From the NCBI GenBank assembly GCA_026026165.1, contig JAPEUD010000008.1:434001-498000 (forward strand): a DNA stretch of 64,000 nucleotides, in the 5' to 3' direction. The stretch is from Sarea resinae. Taxonomy: Eukaryota. Position numbers and translations under genes: made by a program. Numbering within the stretch: position 1 is the stretch's first letter; every line of letters starts with the position of its first letter. Positions 28,762 through 39,159 of this stretch are shown here, in pieces. The notes below the pieces were generated by a model. That model did not search any database. It was given only the letters and a program-made list of their open reading frames with translations, and was not told the origin of the DNA.

Positions 28762-31487
28762 ATGTCGCCGCCAACGAATCCTTACATAGTCAGCCAGTTG
28801 CGGCATCTCATCTACTACCACCTCGACAACAACCTCTTGCAGAACGCGCTCTTTCTGGCAGGTCGCCTGAACGCCTATGAGCCTCGCTCACCGGAGACGT
28901 CGTACCTCCTTGCGCTTTGCCACTTGCTGCTTGGACAGCTCAAAGCGGCTTACGACTGTAGCAGGAGTTCTGGGTCTCGAGGCACTCACTTGGGGTGTTC
29001 TTATGTGTTCGCTCAGGCGTGTCTAGGCTTAGAGCGATATGCGGATGGCGCCACTGCCTTGGACCGTAGTAGAGGCCTATGGAGTGGGAAGAATAATTGG
29101 AGTAAGTGAAGCTTTCAAGCTGTCAAATTGATCAAGCATATCTAATGGTGTCTCGATTGCATAGACAAACACTCAGATAGTGTCAGGCGACATCTTCCAG
29201 ATGCTGCGGCTGTCTATTGCTTACTCGGCAAGTTATGGCACGCCAATAATGACATCAAGAAAGCAGTAGACTGCTACGTAGAGGCTCTGAAATTGAACCC
29301 CTTCATGTGGGACGCTTTCTTGGGCCTCTGCAGCACTGGTACGAAAAGAGATCGTCTCACTAATACTTCTCGCTGACTGTTTAAAGGTGCAAATATTCGC
29401 ATACCTAATATCTTCAAAATGACCCCGGAGATGCTGGCCATCCTATCTGCAACTTCGCACTCAGAGGCGCCAACATTCGAATCCTTAGAGGAATCACCTC
29501 CGAACAACGGCCCGCTGCAATCGCAGCAAAACAATAGTAATCATAATAACGTTCAACCTAGCAGCGATCCCTTCAGCATATCCTCAAGTCGGCTTAATGG
29601 TGAGAGCAAATACAACCTTCCCGAATCGGGACTATTTCAAAAGTTCAACGAGAGCGCTCTAGGTGACTTGCATCCCAGCGCATCGGTTGGAGGAGGTGGT
29701 GGGCTTGCATTTGAGGGCATGGAGACGCCAACTGGTCCAAACGGTGGAATCAACACAAGCTTGTTAATGACTACTGGAACGGGTGCCGCTGTTGGAACAA
29801 ACGCTGCCCCCGTTGCAGAACCACCTCTTGCTCCAATGAGAAAGGCTCGTACTCTCGGTCTCGGCATGGACTTTAGCATTGACGCGCCTCCTAAAATGCG
29901 GACTGCTTCAACGAAATCCAAAAGCAGGTCGAGGGGAGATTCTGAAGACACCGATAACTTGTCATCGAGATCTACTGCTACTACTATGGGAGCTGGCGAG
30001 CGTAAGAGGACTATTTCCGGCCAAGCTGCGCAGACGAGCTCGTCTCTTGCCGGTGATCCAACTGTCGCACCTCAGAGAAGGAGTGTCCGTTTGTTCAACC
30101 AGATCAGGCCGACAAGCAATAAGCTTTCATCAGCCTCAGGCGGTATTGGCCTTCGAGAGGGCCGGGAACTAAAGAAGGCAAAAGCCACCGGCACCAAAGG
30201 ACGAACGGCAAACTCCTCCACCGTTGGCCGTGTGGTGAGTGGTAATCGGAAGCACGCTGATGGAATGGATGTAGACTCGAAAGAAAGTCGTTCCACTTCG
30301 CAGGCCAACGGAGCTTTCAGCGGAGTTCAGAAGTCCGCCATATCTGACGTCATGAAGGAGCAAGATGCTCTTGAATGGAGTCTAGACTTGTTCGGAAAGA
30401 TGGCTAGCGGTTATTTTTCGCTCACCCATTATCAGTGCCAGGATGCACTCCAGATTTTTAGTTCTTTGCCCTCTGCTCAACGCGAGACCCCTTGGGTATT
30501 GGCACAGATGGGAAAAGCTTATTATGAGCAAGCAAACTACTCTGATGCTGAGAAATTCTTCAAGCGAATAAGGGTTATTGCTCCTTCGAGACTTGAAGAC
30601 ATGGAGGTATATTCGACAATTCTGTGGCATCGTAAAAATGATGTCGAGCTTGCTTATCTATCCCACGAGTTGCTTGATGTTGATCGGCTCTCACCGCAAG
30701 CTTGGTGCTCAATTGGCAATTCTTTTTCCCTCCAGCGGGAGCATGATCAAGCACTCAAGTGCTTCAAGCGGGCAACGCAACTCGATCCCAAGTTTGCCTA
30801 CGCATTCACTCTTCAGGGCCATGAGCACGTTGCCAATGAAGAGTATGACAAAGCGCTATCTGCCTACCGGAGTGGCATCTCTGCAGAGAATAGACACTAC
30901 AATGCTTGGTACGGTCTTGGCAAGGTTTATGAGAAGATGGGCAAATTTGAGGTGGCAGAGAAGCATTTGAGGACCGCCGCAGCTATCAACCCGACCAACG
31001 CGGTCTTGGTATGCTGCATTGGAATTGTAAGTTCTGGTCTGTTGGTGGCCAGTGATCGGTTTATTGACTCACGTAAAACGAAGGTCCTAGAAAAGATGAA
31101 GAACCCCAAAGCTGCGCTTATACAGTATGCGAAGGCTTGCAATCTGGCGCCTCGGTCTACATTGTCACGTTTCAAGAAAGCTCGAGTATTGATGACCCTC
31201 CAAGAGCATCAGACTGCTCTAACGGAGCTGAAGTTATTGAAGGACATTGCACCTGATGAAGCTAACGTACATTTCTTACTGGGTCGGCTCTATAAGACCT
31301 TACATCAAAAGGCAAATGCCATCAAGCACTTTACGACTGCTCTCAATCTAGATCCTAAGGTATGTAATATCGCCACATCAGCCGCGATGCCACACAAGCT
31401 TATTCTTCTTCTTAGGCTGCCCAATACATAAAGGAGGCCATGGAATCCCTAGAAGATGACGAGGACGACGACGGAATGTCACGATAG
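28762..31487 (+). CDS. bimA: Anaphase-promoting complex TPR subunit Cdc27/BimA/Nuc2
   Basis: N-terminal QLRHLIYYHLDNN..ALFLAGRL, a low-complexity middle and C-terminal TPRs (EVYSTILWH, SPQAWCSIGNSFSLQREHDQALKCF, HYNAWYGLG). Four introns. An alternative ATG lies at 28750. Confidence 0.95.
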
Positions 31488-32544
31488 ACACGTCTGCTCG
31501 GCTACTATCACGCGCGATTTCTTGTGGTGTCTGGGTTCATTGGGACGAATGTTTCATTTGTGTGAACCCCATTACGTACTCGTCTGGATTTGATTATCCT
31601 AGGATATGGAGTTTTTCCAAAAGATCCTTGATTTTGTCCTTTTTTTCTTTTCAGATCAACGATCATCGTGTGATTGGTCGTTCGATTCTTTTTCCTGGCT
31701 TTGGTGGTTGCTGCATAATTAGCGGGTATCAGGCGTCTGTGAATATGCATACCGTAAACGCGGTGAGGGTGTGGCGGGAGTGGCGTTTGGGTAAAAGGGA
31801 GCCGGCCGGATGGGGAAAGGGAAGCATGTACGATACCATCACGAGCGGCCAGGAGGGGTGGGCATGCCGGATGACTATAGGAAGCAAGCAAGACATGAAA
31901 GCACGCATCCAAAGCTATCCATGACATTCAACTTACTTGTTTGATCTCAGACTACAGTGAATGCTATACCATTTCACTTCCTAGAGATGCCCGCAACAGA
32001 AACAAATAGAATTGTTTCATCCTGACTGATCTTTGGGGGGCAACGATCAGCCTGAATTCAAACATGGTCACGTACGGCCTGCAAGGCCATTATTGCGGCG
32101 TTGCAGCCTCCAAAGCGTCACACGCGCACCTATCCTCATCTGGTAGTGGTATTTCCATAATTCACTGGGGTCACACGGGCAGCTTTCAACGATAAGTGCT
32201 GCCATGCGAGCAAATAGATTGCACCATATTGGAACATAAGACAGGGCTCTAGCCTCCCCATTTCTCCATCTTCTAGGTCGCGCATCAAGGTAATGCGGGG
32301 ATCCAAAACAGCCTAACAGCATCTTGATTGATGTTTTGCCTTGGCTCCTGCATTGGCTCACCGCCGAACAAGGTTGGGAGGTACAACACACATGTACCTC
32401 GTATATGTCTTCACCCGAGACGAATAATTGTTGAAGAAAAGAAAAGAAATCTATATTTATTGATCTCCAACTGTCGGCCGACTCATTCCCCACCTCTCAG
32501 ACTCGAGCAGAAGAGAGGAGCATCTCTCCACCAGTCTCGTCGCC

Positions 32545-33923
32545 ATGCTCTCCTCCTTCTTCACCTCTATCGTCTACTTTCTTGAGGCGTACTTCGCCCT
32601 CACCGTCGCCCTCTTCGCCTTGTCCCTGCGCTTCCCCAAATTCGCCTTCTTTGCGCGCCTCCTAGCCTCATACATCTCGCTCATTGCGTGCGCATGCTAT
32701 GGCGTCCTCGTTTCCATCTTGTTGCGACTGGTGGGGTATGGGCGCGTCAGTCAGTGGGCGACGGCTAGGAGCTTCAAGTGGGTCATGCGCTTCACCACGG
32801 GCGTGCAATTTGTGATTGAAGGGGAGGAGAATCTGAGGACGAGGCCGGCTGTTTTCATAGGGAACCATCAGACGTGAGTTTTGCTTCCCACATCTGTTAT
32901 GGAAGCATGGAAGAGACCGATGAATCCGAGAACGGAGCCATGGCATCATAGCTCTTTTGAAGGGGCCAGGATCTTAGGCTGATATGATACGCTACAGGGA
33001 ACTGGATGTTCTGATGTTGGGGGCTATCTTCCCTCCATATTGCAGCGTCACCGCCAAAAAGAGTCTGAAGAACATCCCCTTCCTTGGATGGTTCAGTATG
33101 TTTTGCTCCGCCCTCGTAGTGCGGCAACGGCAGTCTAGTTACTGATAAATCTTCCTCGTGTCACAGTGGCACTAAGTGGAACCGTCTTCATCGACCGTGC
33201 AAATCGCCAGACGGCCGTTGCAGCCTTTGATGGCGCAGCCGCCGAGATGCAGAAGTACAAAGTATGTTCTCCCTTTCGCCAGTCTACCATACTTCTTCAT
33301 CTTCTTCCCGTTCAAGCCAAGACTAACGCTTCTTCCTCTTCCAGCAAAGCGTATACATCTTCCCTGAAGGGACTCGCTCCTATTCGTCACAACCCGACCT
33401 CTTGCCGTTCAAAAAGGGTGCTTTTCACCTTGCTGTCAAGGCTAAGGTGCCTATCGTGCCGATTGTGGTTGCAAACTATTCCAACATTTTACACGTGCAA
33501 AGCCGGAGGTTCAGAGCGGGTAGTATTCCCATCAAAGGTGCGTCTCACCTTTCTTCTTCATATCTATCGTTATTTCCTCTATATGGCCCACCCCGCCGTG
33601 TTATCGCTCTTCACTATCCCATCTCCCTCTCGACTGCAGATGGTCCTGAATACTATTGCTACGTCTTAGCTCTCCGACTAATTACTTATGTATTAATAGT
33701 CCTCCCACCTATCCCAACGGCCCACCTCACATCCGCGGACGTGGAGGACCTTGCAAAAAGCACTCGTGAACTCATGCTCACGGAGCTCAAACAGCTGACT
33801 GAGAAGGCCAGAGAGATGGGCGTGTCCATGTCGGCGGAGAAAGCAGAACGCATGGATGGCTCCGCTAAATCTACGGCAGTTGAATATGGCAGCAATAACA
33901 AACCTATCGCGCAGGCTCTATGA
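32545..33923 (+). CDS. slc1: 1-acyl-sn-glycerol-3-phosphate acyltransferase
   Basis: Acyltransferase motifs NHQT|ELD (HX4D), FIDR, FPEGTRS and PFKKGAF after removing four introns. Confidence 0.92.
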
Positions 33924-34559
33924 CGGAAAGTGGGATCTAAGAACATATGAGAAAAATGTGACATGATGTTACGATGGAGGAGAAAGGCAAACGGAGGGAC
34001 AGATGCCCGGTCGCATGAGGACACGATCAGATGAAACGAGGAGCTATGAGTTACGTTGCATGGGCGTGCATATGTATATAGGCGCTGGCTGTGGCATGGG
34101 TGAGATTGGTCCAGATATGGGATGAAGAGGACGGGGGAGATTTCCTTACTAAGGAAGAGGGAATACAGGCGGAAGGAAGGTGGGAGAGACGAGTCGATAG
34201 ACCTCGGGTGATTTTTTTTGAGAGAAATCCGTGAAGGAACAAGGGAGCCATAGGTCGATTTCGTTGCATGTAGATACCCGTCGACCTCGACTTCTATTTA
34301 TCTCTTAACATATTCTTCTCTCCCTGCTCCTCGCCCTTCTGATCCCATTCGACCCGGTCTTCGCGGCGAGATTAGGTAGACGATGCATTGGGGAAGCCAA
34401 TGCTATGCTATCCAGCCGCTGTATTCTCTACTGGATCAGTCCGTCTCTACTAGATCAGTCCGTCCAGATGATTGACCAGATGATTGATTGCCAGCAGATT
34501 ACGGGATATCGGAGAGCTGTAGGACCAGCCAACGGGGGACTAGATAATGTGCAGTAAAG

Positions 34560-34990
34560 GCCAAAGAGCAGCTAGGTGTCAATATCATTCTCTAGTGGAA
34601 ATTCTTGAACGTCTCAAAAACTTTCAGCTTCTGACGTGCAGCATTCAGCACCTCAACTGTCTACAGAAACTCCCGTAGAAGACAAAGCAGGGTTTGACGA
34701 AAACCTGTTGAACGTCTACTGCAGTAAGGCGCTTTAATTTTCTGGTGTTCGACGATACTTTGCAAAAAAGTCTATTTCCATTACCCTGAGGCGGTATTTG
34801 GACAAATATGGTTGAAGATTCTGTATCACTCTCTCTTCCGATGTTTGGCGATAATCTGCAAGTTGCCTTTTATCACCCTAAGAAAATTTGAGGCAGACAT
34901 CGTTGAACGTCTTTACGTCCCACATTCTAATGTTCGATGATAACGCCTAGAAGCTCCTATACCTTGAACGCCTATGCCCTGAACGCCTTG
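34560..34990 (+). pseudogene. Possible decayed ankyrin-repeat gene fragment (degenerate ~100-bp tandem repeat)
   Basis: TTGAACGTCT at 34605, 34708 and 34903, a degenerate copy at 34812, and variants at 34964 and 34979. Conceptual translations EILERL, VERLLQ*GAL and DIVERL carry stops and frameshifts. Confidence 0.3.
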
Positions 34991-35367
34991 CACCACGTCT
35001 CAGGGTACTCAGGGTGTTTGACAGACAGAAAAATGAAAAAGAATTTTCTTTCCCATTTTCAACGCGGTGCATCTGATCATTCGTGATAGAGAGCGAGCAT
35101 CTGATCATCCGGTGACCGGTTCGATACCACTTCAACCCTTTTCTCCCTTGACCCTCCTTTCCTCTCCATGATACCATTTTTGTACAGCCAAAGCCGGCTT
35201 GCTTGGGCAGAGTGGATTGGCCATCACAATCGGGCTGGCAACCTCGCGCTCTACTTCTGCATCATAATAGAAGATGCCAAGAACAGCCTTTGGAGGATGA
35301 ATGTGAACCGGAATCAATTCAGTTCATCGCGGGTTGTCGTAGGAGCGTCTCTTGTCCTGTGATGGGG

Positions 35368-36446
35368 TCATTTTCGGCCAGCGTATGGATAGATGTCCTT
35401 CTCGACGTCCAGCACCTGAAAGGGTGGAAACGACATATTCGTCGAAGCTGTAGAAGTGGAAGTAGAAGGCATCGAAGCCACTGCCGTGGCTATCATGAAT
35501 CTCTCCTCAAAGGCACACAGCTCCATCTTCACCCCTTCGACCTTCTTCCCTGCTCTCCAGATTGAGAAGTCCGATACCACCTCACCCCAGGCATCTTTCC
35601 CCAAAGTTGATGATGACGGTGGAGAGGGACGCGGAGCTCTTACGTCTCGAAATTCAAGCTCCTGCAACCAGTCCGCCAAAAGAGCTTCCCCCTGCATTTT
35701 GATATAAGCTTCCTTAAGACACCAGTGAGCGTAGAAGAGCCTCAATTTCATATCTAAGACCTCCTTTTCGGATTCTTTTTCATTCATTGCTCCTGACTGC
35801 TCCAGGTATTCTGGCCCGCACCGAATATTATCCATCTCGCGCGCTGAGAACACTTCGGCGAACATATCCACCCAGGCGGTGAAAGAGCCGGCTTTGCGCA
35901 CGGCATTGTGATCATCCCGCTCGTTAACACAGACGATATCAATACCGCATTGCTGTTGCACTTGCGATTGCGACAGGGTGCCACTAGATTGTGACCCAAT
36001 GAGCGCCACGAGGCCCGCTTGATGAGAGACATTGAATTGGAGCTTTGGTTTCTGATTAGCATCCTCGCTTTCATCAGAGTAAACTCTCTGGGGGCAATAG
36101 CAAGGTTTGCGATTCTCATCTGCAGTGAAGACGACCTCGGACCAAGGAGTTGAAGAGTAGGTTTTCACTACGGCCAGGCGCTTGAGGAGGTGCGATCCAA
36201 GGCTTAGTTTCCGGTCGCTGGCGTGGATGTATTTCCGCACGGCGGTCTGGTCGGCGAGAGGTATCAGGTGTAAAGCTTTGAGAAACTGGGGCGAATCGAT
36301 TAGTTAGTGCCGTGGGAGAGAGAGTGATAATGTGTGGAGGGACTGGGCCGGGCTCACACCTCTGGGTCGGAGGAGTCGGCATTGGCCCAGATAGGGCGCG
36401 TATCGAGGAGCCAGCGAAAGCTCATGCTCGGTTGCAGGTCTCCCAT
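35368..36446 (-). CDS. npgA: Sfp-type 4'-phosphopantetheinyl transferase (NpgA/CfwA, Lys5-like)
   Basis: First exon MGDLQPSMSFRWLLDTRPIW, then DRKLSLGSHLLK, FNVSHQAGLV, GIDIV and the signature WCLKEAYIK. One intron. Confidence 0.93.
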
Positions 36447-36797
36447 AACCAATATACTGGAACAGTAAGGGTTTCTAGGCTTCAATCTTGGATGTTGATC
36501 GATGTTATCCGTGGATGGACTGTCTGGATTCTAGACCCTTTTCGCTCCCGGCCCCGCCATCGTGTTGCCCCTCCCGTGACGCTAGCCGAGATCGGCTCGG
36601 CCATCCTTACCGTACCTTATCGCCTCCCGAATTTTGACTCGAATGGCTGGCCAGGTTCCTCTCGGAGTCATGGACTCATGAACATACTGCAATATATCCC
36701 CACTACCAGACATATCTAGGTATGCCTCTCTTCGTTGGCAAAGTCGAGTGTCACTAGCAAAAAAATCTGATTAGATCTATCTCATCCCAGAAGTGCA

Positions 36798-37761
36798 ATG
36801 ACCCGCTCCATAAGCCCCGCTATCACTGTTGGTGTGCTGGCTCTCCAAGGAGCCTTCAGCGAACATATGCAGCTGCTCCGACAGGCTGTCAAAATTCTGC
36901 GTGCCAAGGACCTCAACCACAATTCCGAGTGGAGCTTTATTGAGGTGCGCACGCCAGAAGAGCTGGCGCAATGCGACGCATTGGTCATTCCGGGCGGGGA
37001 GAGCACGACCATGTCGCTTGTGGCTGCCAGATCGCATCTGCTAGAGCCGCTGAGAGATTTTGTAAAGTACGTCCTTCCCATGATTGTTTTGGCCCTTCCC
37101 CTTCCATTTGGGCCTTTGTGATGAACATTTAAAGAGAATGCTAATGTGCGCGATTGGAAGAGTCCAACGCAAACCGACATGGGGCACATGCGCTGGTCTG
37201 ATCCTCCTCGCTGAGTCGGCCAACCGTACGAAAAAGGGAGGGCAAGAACTCATCGGAGGATTGGACGTGCGGGTGAACAGGAACCATTTTGGTCGCCAGG
37301 TCGAGAGTTTCGAGGCCAATCTCGATCTACCGTTTCTGGCTTCGGCAGACGGAAAGGATTTTGACACTGAGCGGGTGCCATTCAAGAGCGTCTTCATCCG
37401 TGCTCCTATTGTCGAGAAGATCTTACCGCATAGAGAAGGGGTACAGGCTGAGGAGGAAGTGAAGAATGGGACTGTTGTGGCACCTTCGAGGGCCGTTGAG
37501 GAAGGGGCGGCGAAAGAGGCTGTAGCAGGCGAGGTAGAGGTCATGGCGACACTACAGGGGAGAGGTGCGAAGTTTTCGGATAAGATCGACTCTTCGTCAC
37601 GAACGGATGATGAGTGTGCTGGTGATATCATTGCGGTCAGGCAGGGAAATGTATTTGGGACGAGTTTTCACCCTGAGTTGACGGGTGATGCCAGAATTCA
37701 TGTTTGGTGGCTAGAGCAGGTGAGAGCTGCTGTTGATAAGAGAAGGCAGATATCGAGATGA
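36798..37761 (+). CDS. pdx2: Pyridoxal 5'-phosphate synthase glutaminase subunit (Pdx2/Sno1/PyroB)
   Basis: VGVLALQGAFSEH, PGGESTT, catalytic WGTCAG, RNHFGRQ, FIRAP and FHPE. One intron. Confidence 0.95.
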
Positions 37762-37974
37762 TAAACGGGCGCGGTTATCTAGGTGTTCATGGGCGTTTGG
37801 ATTGGCGCTCCTCTTGCAAAGATTTGGCTGATAGACGCTGATGTTGTGGATAAAACTTGTATTTTGAGAACGAGCTGTAGATTTTTAGGAGAAAACAAGG
37901 TTCAAAGCATTGAATTCAGGGCTCCTAACGCCGGCCTCCATCTTACATGACCAACCCATGCCCTATGCAATATT

Positions 37975-38730
37975 CTACTTACCTCTCCCATATTCCTCCT
38001 CTTCCTTCAATCGTTCCTCGGCAATTGCGCGACCGTAGCCGCCCCGTCCAGGATCATACTCATCACGATACTCATCTCGGACCTGACCACCCGATTTTCC
38101 TCGTCTGCGTGTTTCCCAAAAGTCAGCAGACAAGTTTCACCACTCAACGGGCCAGCCGCAGCACGGGCCAGCCGCAGCACGATGTAAACATACCCATACT
38201 GGCGACCCTCTTGAAATCCCGGATCCAGATCGGTCCGGATGATTCTCTCGTCAAGCTTCGTCCCGCCGATGTATTTCATACAGTCCAAAGCATCTTGATG
38301 CGTATAGTACTCCACGAAGCAGAAACCGCAGGGAGTCTTGTTGAAGCGGTCGAGGCCCATTACCAAACGCTTGATCTCGCCGCACTTTGCGAAGAGCTCG
38401 TGAATCTGCTCCTCGGTTGTGTAAAAAGAGCTATGAAAGCGATGTTAGCTGGGGATTCCCTCGACAAGAACTTGGCATCCACGTACAGATTCCCCACGTA
38501 GAGAGTGGTCGCATTCCGCAAAGGATCCTCAGGTTCCTCTGCCGGCGATTGTTCGCGCTCGTCGCGATCATCAGCTCGGACATACTTGCGCCGCTTGTTC
38601 TGCCAGGAAGTATTAATCTTGTCCTTGGCGCTGCCATTGGAGATGCTGAATGTGGGAAGCTTACTCTGCTGTGATAGTAGGCGCTGGGCCTGTCTAGGCG
38701 GTCAACCGTGCTGCGCACAGCTGCAGACAT
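37975..38730 (-). CDS. cbc2: Nuclear cap-binding protein subunit 2 (CBP20/Cbc2)
   Basis: [65 protein letters not shown], ending EEYGRGK. Three introns. Confidence 0.95.
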
Positions 38731-39006
38731 GGTCTCGTGGATTTGCGTGTACTTATGGACGATGTGTCTTTGCTGCTTTAGTGAAGAGTGGAAGCTCTGG
38801 CTTCTTCGGGACTTTTGCTCTCATCTCAAGGTGTGAAGCGAAGCTGAACATACATGGATCCTGCTGTAGTACAAATGCACGGACGCGAGCTCTACCTAAA
38901 GGTATGCACGAAGCGCGAAGTACGAAAGTACACCCAAAAGGTCGTGAAAGATGATGGGCAACACCAACAAATCGACCTACAGACTCCACGACTTTTCCCC
39001 AAGCTC

Positions 39007-39041
39007 CTCTCTCAGCTCTCTCAGCTCTCTCAGCTCTCTCA
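39007..39041. repeat. Tandem 9-mer (CTCTCTCAG) x ~4
   Basis: Seen directly, in the cbc2/nup82 divergent intergenic region. Confidence 0.9.
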
Positions 39042-39159
39042 CCTCCCTCGCCTCGGTAGCTTTTTTGATCGGTACAAGAGCTTGGTCAGTTGGATAGTTG
39101 GGGATACAAAGACCTACCCAGACCCTTTGCGGGCCTTCATCTCACTTTCGCAAACGACC

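Noticed and set aside
35067..35128. B-box-like GGTTCGATACC with duplicated GCATCTGATCAT (tRNA or SINE?)
   Set aside because: No A box, cloverleaf or acceptor stem.
35368..36446. PPTase as marker of a secondary-metabolite cluster
   Set aside because: No PKS or NRPS lies nearby. NpgA is a stand-alone housekeeping gene.
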